A stretch of DNA of 40,033 bases from the UHGV virus genome UHGV-0235137; one strand, 5' to 3'. The notes under the pieces were generated by a model that saw nothing but the letters and a program-made list of their open reading frames with translations, ran no database searches and was not told the origin of the DNA. Made by a program: the position numbers and the translations under genes. Numbering within the stretch: position 1 is the stretch's first letter; each line of letters begins with the position of its first letter. Shown here piece after piece: positions 5,066 through 15,682 of the stretch. The DNA is from a virus.

Positions 5066-6667
5066 ATGGACTTAAATGCTGTTAAGCAGAAGCGAGTGGA
5101 AGATGTTAGGAAAGTCCTAGCTGGAGAGTTGGGGCTTTCTGATGAAGTAAAAGAAATTATCAAATCATTCGGTAAAGACCCCTCTAAATTCCTTCCAACT
5201 CAAATTCTGACTTTATTAAGATACACACCAGACCAAGTTAGACTTATCTTCAAATTGATGACTGATAAGAACTATGTAGCCCCTCAGCCGGGTTCTCAAG
5301 AGGTCTTTTTAAATACTAATGCTGATTTGGTTCTCTATGGTGGTGCTGCTGGTGCTGGTAAGACGGCTGCATTGTTAATGGACTCTTTAAGGTTTATTGA
5401 TGACCCTAACTATAACGCTGTCTATTTCCGTCGAAACACAACACAGTTACAAGGTGGTTTGTGGCCTGCTGCAAAGAAACTATTTGGTAAGTTTGGTGGG
5501 GTTCCTCACGAGCAGAAGATGACTATCACATTCCCTTCTGGGGCAACTATCAAGTTTACCTACCTAGAACTTGAAAAGCACGCTGAAGGTCATCAGGGTA
5601 TTGAATACTCAGCTATTTACTTTGACGAAGGTACGCACTTCTCTGCTTCACAGATTTCATACCTACAGACTCGTCTACGTTCTGGGGCTGAAGGTGATTC
5701 ATACATGAAGATTTCTATGAACCCAGACAGAGACCACTTTATTTACGATTGGGTAGAACCATTCTTAGATGAAGAAGGTTACCCAGACCCTGAAAAGTGT
5801 GGTCGTATTCGTTGGTATGTAATGAATGATGGTGTTATGGTTTCTGATTGGGAGAGGGACAAGATTCTTGAAATGTTTCCTCTTGAGATTCCTCAAACAT
5901 ATACATTCATCTCTGGTACGATTGATGATAACCCAATTCTTGACTTCTTAGAACCAAAGTATCGCGGTAAGTTGGAAAACAACACTCCTGTAAACGTTGC
6001 AAGACTTCGTTTCGGTAACTGGAAGGCTCGTGCAGAAGGTTCAAACTATTGGCAAAGACAATGGTGTGAGATTGTTGATTCACTCCCAGAAGATGTATTC
6101 GATGTCAGAGCATGGGACTTAGCAGCAACTTTACCATCTGAGATTAACCCTAATCCAGACTGGACAGCAGGTGTTAAGATGGGTAAATCTAAAAAAGACG
6201 GTTGCTATTATATCATTGATGTAGTAAGATTTAGAGATAGACCCTCTGGAGTCGAAACACAAATTAATTTGACTGCTGAAAGTGACGGTAAGCGAACTGG
6301 TATTTTTATCCCTCAAGACCCAGGCGCTGCTGGTAAATCCTACGCGACATCCCTCATCAGGAAACTTGCCGAGAAAGGCTATCGTGCAAGAGCTAAACCA
6401 ACAAATAAAGATAAAGTTACCCGCTTTGCGGGATTTTCTGCTGCTTCTGAAGCTGGACTTGTAAAAGTCTTGAGAGGTAGCTGGAATGAAGCTTACTTTC
6501 AAGAGCTTGAAGGCTTTTGTGGTGATGGCAAAACTAAAGATGACCAAGTGGATGCTACCAGTGATGCTTTCAACAGTCTTAACGAAGTTAAATTATTCAA
6601 GCCACCATCAATGGGTGCTCACACAGACTTAGTGAGAGGAAACCCATATGAGGGGCTTAGACGTTGA
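5066..6667 (+). CDS. terminase large subunit
   Basis: Walker A GGAAGAGKT, Walker B-like YFDEG, size about 530 aa, followed by portal-sized gene; start moved to the ATG after a GGAGG RBS. Confidence 0.85.
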   Translation: MDLNAVKQKRVEDVRKVLAGELGLSDEVKEIIKSFGKDPSKFLPTQILTLLRYTPDQVRLIFKLMTDKNYVAPQPGSQEVFLNTNADLVLYGGAAGAGKTAALLMDSLRFIDDPNYNAVYFRRNTTQLQGGLWPAAKKLFGKFGGVPHEQKMTITFPSGATIKFTYLELEKHAEGHQGIEYSAIYFDEGTHFSASQISYLQTRLRSGAEGDSYMKISMNPDRDHFIYDWVEPFLDEEGYPDPEKCGRIRWYVMNDGVMVSDWERDKILEMFPLEIPQTYTFISGTIDDNPILDFLEPKYRGKLENNTPVNVARLRFGNWKARAEGSNYWQRQWCEIVDSLPEDVFDVRAWDLAATLPSEINPNPDWTAGVKMGKSKKDGCYYIIDVVRFRDRPSGVETQINLTAESDGKRTGIFIPQDPGAAGKSYATSLIRKLAEKGYRARAKPTNKDKVTRFAGFSAASEAGLVKVLRGSWNEAYFQELEGFCGDGKTKDDQVDATSDAFNSLNEVKLFKPPSMGAHTDLVRGNPYEGLRR

Positions 6668-6683
6668 TAGCTAGGTGAGAAGA

Positions 6684-8150
6684 ATGGCAGAAATTACAGA
6701 AACACAAGAAAGCTTACCACCATTTAGAATGGGTGAAGTAGGTTCTTTGGGTCTGAAGGTTAAGAATGGAAGAATCTATGAAGAACCTCGTCAGGCACTA
6801 AGGTTCCCTGAAAGTATTAAAACTTTCCAATTAATGATGCGTGACCCTGCTGTAGCAGCATCTGTGAATATTATTAAGATGTTTGTCAGAAAAGTCAACT
6901 GGAGATTCGTACCTCCAAAGGGAAAAGAGCAAGACCCTAAAATGCTTGAAAGAGCAGACTTCTTTAATTCTTTAATGGATGACATGGAGCATGATTGGGC
7001 AGATTTTATTAACTCTGTAATGTCATTCTGCACTTATGGGTTCTGTGTTAACGAAAAGGTTTATAAGAAACGTCAGGGTAAAAAAGGAAAGTACCAGTCA
7101 AAATTTGATGATGGTCTAATTGGGTGGGCTAAATTACCAATCAGAAACCAGTCAACACTTGATAAGTGGTATTTTGACGAAGACTTTAGAAAAGTTACTG
7201 GTGTTAGACAGAATCTGAGAAATGTTTCACATATTGCTGGAGCAATTAATCTTGGAGAAAGACCACTAACAAGAAAACTCCCACGAGCTAAATTCATGCT
7301 GTTTAAGTATGACGATGAGTATGGTAACCCAGAAGGTCGTTCACCATTACTTAATGCTTATGTACCGTGGAAGTATAAAGTACAGATTGAAGAGTATGAA
7401 GCTGTTGGTGTTTCAAGAGACTTAGTAGGTATGCCAAAGATTGGTTTACCACCAGACTATCTAGATGAGAATGCAGAACCTGAAAAGAAAGCTTTCGTAC
7501 AATACTGCAAAACTGTTGTTAATGATATGATTGCTAATGACAGAGCAGGTTTAATCTGGCCTAGATATATCGACCCAGATACTAAAGAGGATATCTTTGA
7601 GTTCTCATTAGTTTCTAGACAGGGTGCTAAAGCATATGATACAGGTTCTATTATTGATAGATATTCCAAGCAGATTATGATGGCATTCATGTCAGATGTT
7701 CTTGCTATGGGTCAGTCAAAATATGGTTCATTCTCTCTTGCAGATTCTAAGACAAGCCTATTAGCAATGTCAGTAGATATTCTGCTAAAGCAAATTAAGA
7801 ACGTAATTAACCGTGATTTAGTTGCACAGACTTATGCTCTTAATATGTGGGATGATGAAGAACATGTACAAATCACATATGATGATATCGAAACTCCAGA
7901 CCTTGAAGCAATTGGTTCTTATATTCAGAAGACTGTTGCAGTAGGTGCTTTGGAAGTTGACAAAGAGCTATCTAACAAACTTAGAGAGCATATTGGTCTT
8001 CCTCCTGCTGATGAGTCTCAGCCAGTATCTGAAAAGCTTTCTCCAAATAGCCAAAGCCGTTCAGGAGATGGTTATAAGACCGCTGGGGAAGGTACTGCAA
8101 AGACACCTTCAGCGAAAGACCCAAGCACAGCAAATAAGGCAAATAAATAA
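6684..8150 (+). CDS. portal protein (candidate)
   Basis: about 490-aa ORF directly after terminase; assigned by position and size; ATG at 6684 preferred over GTG at 6675. Confidence 0.6.
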   Translation: MAEITETQESLPPFRMGEVGSLGLKVKNGRIYEEPRQALRFPESIKTFQLMMRDPAVAASVNIIKMFVRKVNWRFVPPKGKEQDPKMLERADFFNSLMDDMEHDWADFINSVMSFCTYGFCVNEKVYKKRQGKKGKYQSKFDDGLIGWAKLPIRNQSTLDKWYFDEDFRKVTGVRQNLRNVSHIAGAINLGERPLTRKLPRAKFMLFKYDDEYGNPEGRSPLLNAYVPWKYKVQIEEYEAVGVSRDLVGMPKIGLPPDYLDENAEPEKKAFVQYCKTVVNDMIANDRAGLIWPRYIDPDTKEDIFEFSLVSRQGAKAYDTGSIIDRYSKQIMMAFMSDVLAMGQSKYGSFSLADSKTSLLAMSVDILLKQIKNVINRDLVAQTYALNMWDDEEHVQITYDDIETPDLEAIGSYIQKTVAVGALEVDKELSNKLREHIGLPPADESQPVSEKLSPNSQSRSGDGYKTAGEGTAKTPSAKDPSTANKANK

Positions 8151-8650
8151 TGGCTGAAGTTATCTCTATTTCAAATGCTACACGAGTGCATTCGTATAGG
8201 GGTGTCCTTATCATTACTGATAAGCTATCTGTAGAGGCTGGCTCAAGGGTCAGCCTTTCAGGTTATGTTAGTGATGGTGGAATCTCTGACGTTTTCACTA
8301 TTTGCAGGTTACTTGATGCACCAATGAGTGGAAAACCGTTTATTTCAGGAAATTGTAGTGAAATTGTTAAAATTCCATTTGACAGTTCATGCCTTTTGGG
8401 TGTAAAGTTATATAACTGCGAGAATAAACGTATCAATGTTAATAGCATTGAAGCCGCTTTCATTACCCTCGATACTGCATTTCAATCTCCAATGACAGTT
8501 AATAAAGAAACAAACAGACTTGAATACATTTTTTCACAAAATGATTACAAAGTACTTGTCAAAGGTAAAGTATATGATATGATTGTAAATGTGGTAGATG
8601 AATCTGGTAACCATTCAACAGTCCTTAAACAAAAAGTAAGGTTTAATTAA
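8150..8650 (+). CDS. hypothetical head-module protein
   Basis: 166-aa ORF whose start overlaps the portal stop. Confidence 0.5.
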   Translation: MAEVISISNATRVHSYRGVLIITDKLSVEAGSRVSLSGYVSDGGISDVFTICRLLDAPMSGKPFISGNCSEIVKIPFDSSCLLGVKLYNCENKRINVNSIEAAFITLDTAFQSPMTVNKETNRLEYIFSQNDYKVLVKGKVYDMIVNVVDESGNHSTVLKQKVRFN

Positions 8651-8982
8651 TGGGAACATTAACTATTGATGGTAAGAATAAAATCCTCGCCACGCTAACC
8701 CCAACGACTATTATTTTACACAATGTAGACCCAACGGCAGACCCTACAGCAAATAAGGTTACTCAGCCAGTGGCTATTTATTTTTCTGAACCGGATAATG
8801 GCTTAATTGCCTCAGAAGACACAGTTGATATTACTGTTCCAGCTTCTGCAACGGTCTCACACTATAGCTTGTGGGATGCTAACGATAAATGCGTGGCAAC
8901 TGGTGCTCTTAGCAAACCTCAATTCTTTGCTGAAGAAGGTATCTATGTTATCTCTTCAGTCTCTGTAGATTTAAACAAATAG
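8650..8982 (+). CDS. hypothetical head-module protein
   Basis: 110-aa ORF in the same orientation, start overlaps the previous stop. Confidence 0.5.
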   Translation: MGTLTIDGKNKILATLTPTTIILHNVDPTADPTANKVTQPVAIYFSEPDNGLIASEDTVDITVPASATVSHYSLWDANDKCVATGALSKPQFFAEEGIYVISSVSVDLNK

Positions 8983-8993
8983 GGTGAGTAAAA

Positions 8994-10340
8994 ATGAGTT
9001 CGAATATCTTCAGACTTGCTGATAGATTATTCAACCAACCTTTACTAGCCACTGAATCATTAGCTCACTCAGCAGCAACTTATGTGAATAACAGATTGCT
9101 GGGTGATGTCCAAGCAGCAGTAAACTTTGATACCCCAAAAGGTGATGCAAGAAGTCTTTTAAAAGTAAAAGATGATATTGCTATTATCCCTATTATGGGT
9201 GGCTTAACCCATCGTATGACATTCATTGATGCAATGTGCACAGGTGGTTTAAGTTCTTATGAAGGTTTACGCAGAGGCTTTGACGAAGCTTTAGCAGATG
9301 AGTCAATTAAGACTATTGTTCTGCACATTGATTCTGGTGGTGGTGAAGCTTCAGGTTGCTTTGAATTAGCACGTCACATTATGGCTTCAAGAGGCCAAAA
9401 GAAAATTATTGCTTATGTAGATGAGTTCGCTTGTTCCGCTGCATATGCTCTTGCATCTTCTGCTGAAGAAATTATTGCATCACCAGATGCAGATGTTGGT
9501 TCTATCGGTGTAATCATGGTTCATCAGGAATTAACTAAGGCATTTGAAAAGAATGGCGTAACAATTAACGTCATCAAAGCTGGTGAGTTTAAAGGTATGG
9601 GTTCACCATTCCAAGCACTTTCAGAAGAAAGCAAAGAAAGACTTCAAAAGAGAATTAATGATACCTACACAACCTTTACAGGTTTTGTAGCTGAATCTCG
9701 TAATCTCTCTGAAGAAGCTGTAAAGAATACTGAGGCGAATGTTTATTCTGCTCAGGAAGCTCTTGAACTTGGTTTAATTAACTCAATCATGTCTCAAGAT
9801 GATTTCTTAAATTACTTACAAGGTTCTGAAGAGGCTCCTGTAAGTTTAAACGTTAACAATTCAGGTGAAGAAATGACTGAACAAGAAAAGCAAGAACTAG
9901 AAGCTTTGCGTCTTCAGGTTGCTCAAATGAAAGCTAAAGAACAGGAAGCTGCTTTGTCAGATTTGACTAATAAGATTTCTGCTTCTGCTGAAGCTTTTGG
10001 ATTTGATGCAAAAGAAGCTGCAATGACTATTTTAGGTGCTGGTCTTGATAACCCTCTGAGTGTTCTGTTTATGAATGCTATGGAAGGTGCTAACCAGAAA
10101 CTTAATGAAACTATCGCATCCCATGCTTCTGCAATGGAAGAAAAAGAATCAGAAATTACCAAGCTGAAAGAAACTGCTGGTGCTGTTCTTGAACATTCCA
10201 ACGCTATGGAAGAAGTGGGTAATGACGGCGAAGCTGATTTGGTTGAAGAAGAAAAAGAACCAGCTAAGAATGCTTCCGAAGACACCGCTGAACAACGCAA
10301 ACTGGCTCTCCAGAATGCTCTAAAATCTCTTATTAAATAA
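8994..10340 (+). CDS. prohead protease (S49/ClpP-like, lambda C-like) fused to a coiled-coil scaffold-like C-terminal region
   Basis: N-terminal region with glycine-rich and ...CSAAYALAS... serine motif resembling SppA/S49 peptidases; Glu/Ala/Lys-rich C-terminal half; sits between portal and capsid genes. Confidence 0.65.
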   Translation: MSSNIFRLADRLFNQPLLATESLAHSAATYVNNRLLGDVQAAVNFDTPKGDARSLLKVKDDIAIIPIMGGLTHRMTFIDAMCTGGLSSYEGLRRGFDEALADESIKTIVLHIDSGGGEASGCFELARHIMASRGQKKIIAYVDEFACSAAYALASSAEEIIASPDADVGSIGVIMVHQELTKAFEKNGVTINVIKAGEFKGMGSPFQALSEESKERLQKRINDTYTTFTGFVAESRNLSEEAVKNTEANVYSAQEALELGLINSIMSQDDFLNYLQGSEEAPVSLNVNNSGEEMTEQEKQELEALRLQVAQMKAKEQEAALSDLTNKISASAEAFGFDAKEAAMTILGAGLDNPLSVLFMNAMEGANQKLNETIASHASAMEEKESEITKLKETAGAVLEHSNAMEEVGNDGEADLVEEEKEPAKNASEDTAEQRKLALQNALKSLIK

Positions 10341-10351
10341 GGAACACAACA

Positions 10352-10729
10352 ATGGCATATCAAGGTTTTACTAAGTTAGGTAAAAGAGAACCTCTGAATG
10401 ATATCATTCTTTGGGAACAGGTTACCCCAACAGGCCACTCTCGTAAAGAGTACACTCCGGTTGCTTCAACAGAATATCGTGTAGGTGAAGTTCTGAAGGC
10501 AGACGGTACTAAAGTTACAGCAGGGCAAGAAGCTCAGGCTGATTCGGTATGTATCGTTAACTTCTATGCAGACCTGCAACTGTCTTACCACGGTCAGTTG
10601 AAAGTTGTTGGTATTTACCGCGACGCAGAACTAAAAGACCTGCTTACTCTTGAGTCAGGTGTTGATGCTGCCGCAGTCAAGACAGCTCTGGCTGCCAAAG
10701 GTATCGATTTCGTACCAACTGGCCTGTAA
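10352..10729 (+). CDS. head decoration protein (candidate)
   Basis: 125-aa ORF immediately upstream of the major capsid gene; position only. Confidence 0.4.
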   Translation: MAYQGFTKLGKREPLNDIILWEQVTPTGHSRKEYTPVASTEYRVGEVLKADGTKVTAGQEAQADSVCIVNFYADLQLSYHGQLKVVGIYRDAELKDLLTLESGVDAAAVKTALAAKGIDFVPTGL

Positions 10730-10762
10730 TAACAATAATAAGACATTCTGGAGAATTTTACA

Positions 10763-11869
10763 ATGTTGACTAATTCTGAAAAAAGCAGATTTTTCCTTGC
10801 TGACCTGACTGGTGAAGTCCAGTCTATCCCAAATACTTATGGGTATATTTCCAACTTAGGTCTGTTCCGTTCAGCACCAATCACCCAAACTACTTTCCTT
10901 ATGGACTTGACCGATTGGGATGTTAGCTTGCTTGATGCGGTAGACCGTGATAGCCGTAAAGCAGAGACTAGCGCACCTGAGCGTGTTCGTCAAATCAGCT
11001 TCCCAATGATGTATTTCAAAGAAGTTGAAAGCATCACTCCTGATGAAATTCAGGGTGTACGTCAGCCAGGCACTGCAAACGAACTGACTACTGAAGCTGT
11101 AGTACGTGCTAAGAAGCTGATGAAGATTCGTACCAAGTTCGACATTACTCGTGAGTTCCTGTTTATGCAAGCTCTGAAGGGTAAAGTTGTCGATGCTCGT
11201 GGTACTCTGTACGCTGACCTGTACAAGCAGTTCGACGTTGAGAAGAAGACTATTTACTTCGACCTTGACAATCCTAATGCTGACATTGACGCTGCTATTG
11301 AAGAACTGCGTATGCACATGGAAGATGAAGCTAAGACTGGCACTGTAATCAACGGTGAAGAAATTCACGTAGTTGTTGACCGCTTATTCTTCAGCAAACT
11401 GGTTAAACACCCTAAGATTCGTGATGCTTATCTTGCACAGCAGACTCCGCTGGCTTGGCAACAGATTACTGGTTCTCTGAGAACTGGTGGTACTGACGGC
11501 GTTCAGGCTCACATGAACACTTTCTACTACGGTGGTGTTAAGTTTGTCCAGTACAACGGTAAGTTCAAAGACAAGCGCGGTAATGTTCACACTCTGGTGA
11601 GCATTGACAGCGTAGCAGCAACTGTTGGTGTAGGTCACGCTTTCCCTAACGTTTCTATGCTGGGTGAAGCAAACAACATCTTCGAAGTGGCATATGGTCC
11701 ATGTCCTAAGATGGGTTATGCAAATACACTTGGTCAGGAACTGTACGTATTCGAATACGAAAAAGACCGTGACGAAGGTATTGACTTCGAAGCTCACTCT
11801 TACATGCTGCCATACTGCACACGTCCTCAGTTGTTGGTAGACGTCCGTTCTGACGCTAAACCAAGCTAA
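10763..11869 (+). CDS. major capsid protein (lambda E-like)
   Basis: 368-aa ORF after protease/scaffold and decoration candidate; C-terminal region recalled as resembling lambda gpE; strong RBS. Confidence 0.75.
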   Translation: MLTNSEKSRFFLADLTGEVQSIPNTYGYISNLGLFRSAPITQTTFLMDLTDWDVSLLDAVDRDSRKAETSAPERVRQISFPMMYFKEVESITPDEIQGVRQPGTANELTTEAVVRAKKLMKIRTKFDITREFLFMQALKGKVVDARGTLYADLYKQFDVEKKTIYFDLDNPNADIDAAIEELRMHMEDEAKTGTVINGEEIHVVVDRLFFSKLVKHPKIRDAYLAQQTPLAWQQITGSLRTGGTDGVQAHMNTFYYGGVKFVQYNGKFKDKRGNVHTLVSIDSVAATVGVGHAFPNVSMLGEANNIFEVAYGPCPKMGYANTLGQELYVFEYEKDRDEGIDFEAHSYMLPYCTRPQLLVDVRSDAKPS

Positions 11870-11890
11870 TATTCTTAAGGAGGGTTATTA

Positions 11891-12340
11891 ATGTGTTATA
11901 CAGGCGACCCAGCCAATAACCCTCTTGATAGAGTAAGAATCCTCTGCACAGACACCAATAATGATGAAATTCTTATTGAGCAGTCTGTGCTAGAGTGGTT
12001 CTATCTAGAATCTGGAAAGGATGAAAAGAAAGCAGCCATCAAAGCTCTTAAATATTTACTCTTTCAAGTAGCCAAGATGGGAGATGAGAAGGTTGGTGGT
12101 GTTTATTTACGTAACTCTTCCAGATTCAAGTCTCTGAAGGCTGTTTATGACGACCTTGTTAAAAGCTCTGTTTCAGGACTGCCCTATGCAGGTGGTATTA
12201 GTCAGTGTGATATTGACATGCGTCGTCATAATCCTTGCTCTGTCAAGAAATACACAGAATATGGTGATGCTGCCAGATACGAAGGCAGGGATTACTGCAA
12301 CCGTGTTAATGGCGTATTTATTATCGAGCGAGATGAATAA
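11891..12340 (+). CDS. hypothetical head-completion / head-tail joining protein
   Basis: position between capsid and tail genes. Confidence 0.45.
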   Translation: MCYTGDPANNPLDRVRILCTDTNNDEILIEQSVLEWFYLESGKDEKKAAIKALKYLLFQVAKMGDEKVGGVYLRNSSRFKSLKAVYDDLVKSSVSGLPYAGGISQCDIDMRRHNPCSVKKYTEYGDAARYEGRDYCNRVNGVFIIERDE

Positions 12341-12822
12341 TGGTTAAAAGGGTTATTCACCCCGCTAGAGCAAAATTAGTCGGGGCTATGAAGAACTTGC
12401 AAACGGCTAATGCTCAAGTTGGGTATTTTCAAGAACAAGGTCAACATAGCTCTGGTTTTTCTTATCCTGCTTTAATGTATTTACAAGAAGTTATTGGGGT
12501 TCCTTCAGCTTCTGGTAAAGTATATCGTAGGTTGTTTGAAATCACTATGATGCTAAACAAACAGACCTTGTTAGAGCAGACTAAGAAGAATCTATATAAG
12601 CAACTTAGCAGTCTCAACACAGACCCTTCAAATACCTTAGAAGCATTTGCAAAGAATGCTCAGAAGGCAATTAAAAGAGGCTTTGGTAATTCTGCTATCC
12701 TCCCTCCTAACGCACCTTCCACAGTCAAGAAAAAAGGCTTTAATGCACCTCTTGTTGAGACAGGTGACTTAAGGGATAACCTTGCTTATAAAATTTCTAC
12801 TAAGAAGGGTATTAAAAAATGA
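12340..12822 (+). CDS. hypothetical head-tail joining protein
   Basis: start overlaps previous stop; position. Confidence 0.45.
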   Translation: MVKRVIHPARAKLVGAMKNLQTANAQVGYFQEQGQHSSGFSYPALMYLQEVIGVPSASGKVYRRLFEITMMLNKQTLLEQTKKNLYKQLSSLNTDPSNTLEAFAKNAQKAIKRGFGNSAILPPNAPSTVKKKGFNAPLVETGDLRDNLAYKISTKKGIKK

Positions 12823-13220
12823 GACTCTTAAACAGACACAGCTTTGTAGTAAAGCGTAAAGTCTCTGAAGACGGTTATTATAATGATGATGGTGATTGGG
12901 TAGCTTCACAAGATATTGTAGAGGTTAACTGTAAAGGTAATATCCAGCCATATATCAAAGGTTCTGTAAAGAATGGTACACAGATTGCTTTACCGGAAGG
13001 TATTAGGCTTACCGATACAAGAATCCTGTATACTACATATAAACTTAGAACTTCAGATGATGTAGAGTGGAATGAGTCTGACATTGTTATGATTGATAGT
13101 CATGAGTATGAAGTATTTATGACTATGGATTGGTCACAGCAATTAGCCCATACGTCCCATTATGAATATATCATTATTAGAAGGGATAAAATGAATGCAG
13201 TTAGAAACAGCAGAACTTGA
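12819..13220 (+). CDS. hypothetical head-tail joining protein
   Basis: overlapping start/stop with neighbours. Confidence 0.45.
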   Translation: MRLLNRHSFVVKRKVSEDGYYNDDGDWVASQDIVEVNCKGNIQPYIKGSVKNGTQIALPEGIRLTDTRILYTTYKLRTSDDVEWNESDIVMIDSHEYEVFMTMDWSQQLAHTSHYEYIIIRRDKMNAVRNSRT

Positions 13221-13794
13221 AAAAGGTCTAGTTAGAACCTTAGTGGATGTTATTGGTCACAGACTAGCTCGTGATAAGAATAATAGACCAAACGTAATTA
13301 GAGCTTACCCTTCTGATAACTCAAATGACAAAGGTTTAAAACCTGACCAGCCATTTATTACCGTATATTGTCAAGATGCTGCAACACCTTATGGTTGGGT
13401 TCTTGATAAGTTTGTTGAGGATGATGTAGTTTGCTACAGAATTGCTTTTCAGATTCCAGTATTAATTACGGTAAATGGTAAAGGTGCTCACAGTATTATG
13501 CTTGAGCTTAAACAACGATTAGAGATGAGTTCAGTCAGAGATTTAATTCTTGAAGAGACAGGAGCTACAGTTCTAGATACTGGAGCTATCCCAAATGACT
13601 ATACTTATCTTAATACAGATTTCGAAAATTCTGCACCTCTTGTTGTAACTCTTGTAAAAAATTCAGTCCTGAAAGATGAACGTGGAAGTATTATTGAACG
13701 TGTCATCGTTGATGGTGAATTAGTTTACGAAGAAGGACAAGAGCCACCAGAATATACTATCCATCTAGATGTAGACTCCAAAGGGGTAAAATAA
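13195..13794 (+). CDS. hypothetical tail-completion protein
   Basis: position. Confidence 0.45.
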   Translation: MQLETAELEKGLVRTLVDVIGHRLARDKNNRPNVIRAYPSDNSNDKGLKPDQPFITVYCQDAATPYGWVLDKFVEDDVVCYRIAFQIPVLITVNGKGAHSIMLELKQRLEMSSVRDLILEETGATVLDTGAIPNDYTYLNTDFENSAPLVVTLVKNSVLKDERGSIIERVIVDGELVYEEGQEPPEYTIHLDVDSKGVK

Positions 13795-15147
13795 ATGTGG
13801 AATCCAATTGTTAATGTAGATATTACATTGAACACCGCAGGAACTACAAGAGAAGGTTTTGGGCTACCACTATTTTTAGCTTCAACAGATAACTTTGAAG
13901 AAAGAGTCCGTGGTTACACTTCCTTAACTGAAGTTGCTGAAGATTTCGATGAGAATACTGCTGCATATAAGGCTGCTAAACAACTTTGGAGTCAAACTCC
14001 TAAAGTAACTCAGCTTTATATTGGCAGACGTGCTATGCAGTACACTGTATCAATTCCTGATGCCGTTACCGAAAGTACAGACTACTCAATTACTGTAGCT
14101 GCTGGCGGTGGAATTTCTCAAACATATCAGTATACAGCACTAGAGTCAGATACTGCTGAAAAAGTATTGCAACAGCTCAAAACACAGATTGAAGCTGACC
14201 CAACAATCAAAGATAAGGTTTCTGTGAACGTAACTGGTAGTGGTGCTTCTGCCACAATGATTATTACCAAAGCTGGTGATAATGACTTTGTGAAAGTAAC
14301 AACTACAGCACAGACTGTATATATCGCAAGTACAACTGCTGATACAGCGTCAACTGCTCTGGCAGCCATTGAAGCTTATTCTACCGACTGGTATTTCATT
14401 GCAGCAGAAGACAGAACTCAACAGTTTGTCTTAGCAATGGCTTCTGAGATTCAGGCTCGTAAGAAAATCTTCTTCACTGCTAACTCTGATGTATCAGCAC
14501 TACAAGGTACAGAATTAAACAGTGCAAACGATGTTCCAGCACAACTTGCTAAGAGTATGTATACTCGCACAGTTTGCTTGTGGCATCACACAGCAGCAGA
14601 AGACTATCCAGAGATGGCATACATTGCTTATGGTGCTCCATACGATGCAGGGTCAATTGCTTGGGGTAATGCTCAGTTGACTGGTGTAGCGGCTTCTCTA
14701 CAGCCAGCTAATAAGAGACCTCTGACAAGTATTCAGAAGTCAGCTTTAGATGCGCGTCACTGTAACTTTATCGACCTTGATGGTGGTGTTCCAGTGGTTC
14801 GTAGAGGGATTACTTCTGGTGGGGAATGGATTGATATCATCCGTGGTGTTGACTGGTTGGAATCAGACCTGAAAACTTCTCTGAGAGACTTGCTAATTAA
14901 CCAGAAGGGTGGTAAGATTACTTATGATGATACTGGTATTACCCGTATTCGTCAAGTCATTGAAACCTCTCTACAAAGAGCAGTCAACAGAAACTTCCTG
15001 TCATCTTACACAGTTAATGTTCCTAAAGCCTCTCAAGTTGCTTTGGCAGACAAGAAAGCTCGTATCCTGAAAGACGTTACCTTCGCAGGTATCTTGGCAG
15101 GGGCTATCTTGGATGTTGACTTGAAAGGTACAGTGGCTTACGAATAA
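13795..15147 (+). CDS. tail sheath protein (candidate)
   Basis: 450-aa ORF followed by a 148-aa tube-sized ORF, chaperone pair and tape measure. Confidence 0.55.
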   Translation: MWNPIVNVDITLNTAGTTREGFGLPLFLASTDNFEERVRGYTSLTEVAEDFDENTAAYKAAKQLWSQTPKVTQLYIGRRAMQYTVSIPDAVTESTDYSITVAAGGGISQTYQYTALESDTAEKVLQQLKTQIEADPTIKDKVSVNVTGSGASATMIITKAGDNDFVKVTTTAQTVYIASTTADTASTALAAIEAYSTDWYFIAAEDRTQQFVLAMASEIQARKKIFFTANSDVSALQGTELNSANDVPAQLAKSMYTRTVCLWHHTAAEDYPEMAYIAYGAPYDAGSIAWGNAQLTGVAASLQPANKRPLTSIQKSALDARHCNFIDLDGGVPVVRRGITSGGEWIDIIRGVDWLESDLKTSLRDLLINQKGGKITYDDTGITRIRQVIETSLQRAVNRNFLSSYTVNVPKASQVALADKKARILKDVTFAGILAGAILDVDLKGTVAYE

Positions 15148-15162
15148 TAGAGGTAAATTGGA

Positions 15163-15609
15163 ATGGCTATGTATCAGCAATATTCCCCTAAAGACGTTGT
15201 ATGTAGCTGGAATGGCATCGCTATTGAAGGCTTTGCTCCAGATTCATTTTTACGTCTACAGAGAACATCACCACTTATCACACCAGTTGTAGGTGCAGGT
15301 GGTCAGGTTGCTCTGACAAGAAATGCAGACAAGACAGGTACTATTGAGATTGAGCTAATGCAGACTTCTCTCTCTAATCAGATGCTTTCTGCAATTCAAG
15401 CTAAACAAGACAATATGGAACTTGAAGAAGATATCTCTTCTAACTTCGTAATCTACGACCCATCAGGCTCTGTTCTGGCAACTGGTATTAATGCTTGGTT
15501 GCAGGAACTACCACAGATTGAACTTGGTCGTGACCAGAACTCTAAAACTTGGATTTTTGGTTGTGAGAAGCTAGACTACACTTCAACAATTCCAGCGTCA
15601 AGTGTTTAA
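15163..15609 (+). CDS. tail tube protein (candidate)
   Basis: 148-aa ORF between sheath candidate and chaperone genes. Confidence 0.55.
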   Translation: MAMYQQYSPKDVVCSWNGIAIEGFAPDSFLRLQRTSPLITPVVGAGGQVALTRNADKTGTIEIELMQTSLSNQMLSAIQAKQDNMELEEDISSNFVIYDPSGSVLATGINAWLQELPQIELGRDQNSKTWIFGCEKLDYTSTIPASSV

Positions 15610-15682
15610 TAAATCCTATAAGGGGGAGACTTTAAAAGGTCTTCCCCTTTTTTGTTTCTTTTAAAAGTATTAAGGAATCACA

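Noticed and set aside
6131-6547. Antisense and alternative-frame ORFs inside large genes (for example 6131-6547, 9923-10363, 10871-11797, 37043-37966)
   Set aside because: They are fully contained within well-supported genes on the other strand or frame and have no independent support.
10352-10729. Confident assignment as a lambda gpD homolog
   Set aside because: No convincing sequence similarity to gpD could be recalled; kept only as a decoration-protein candidate by position.
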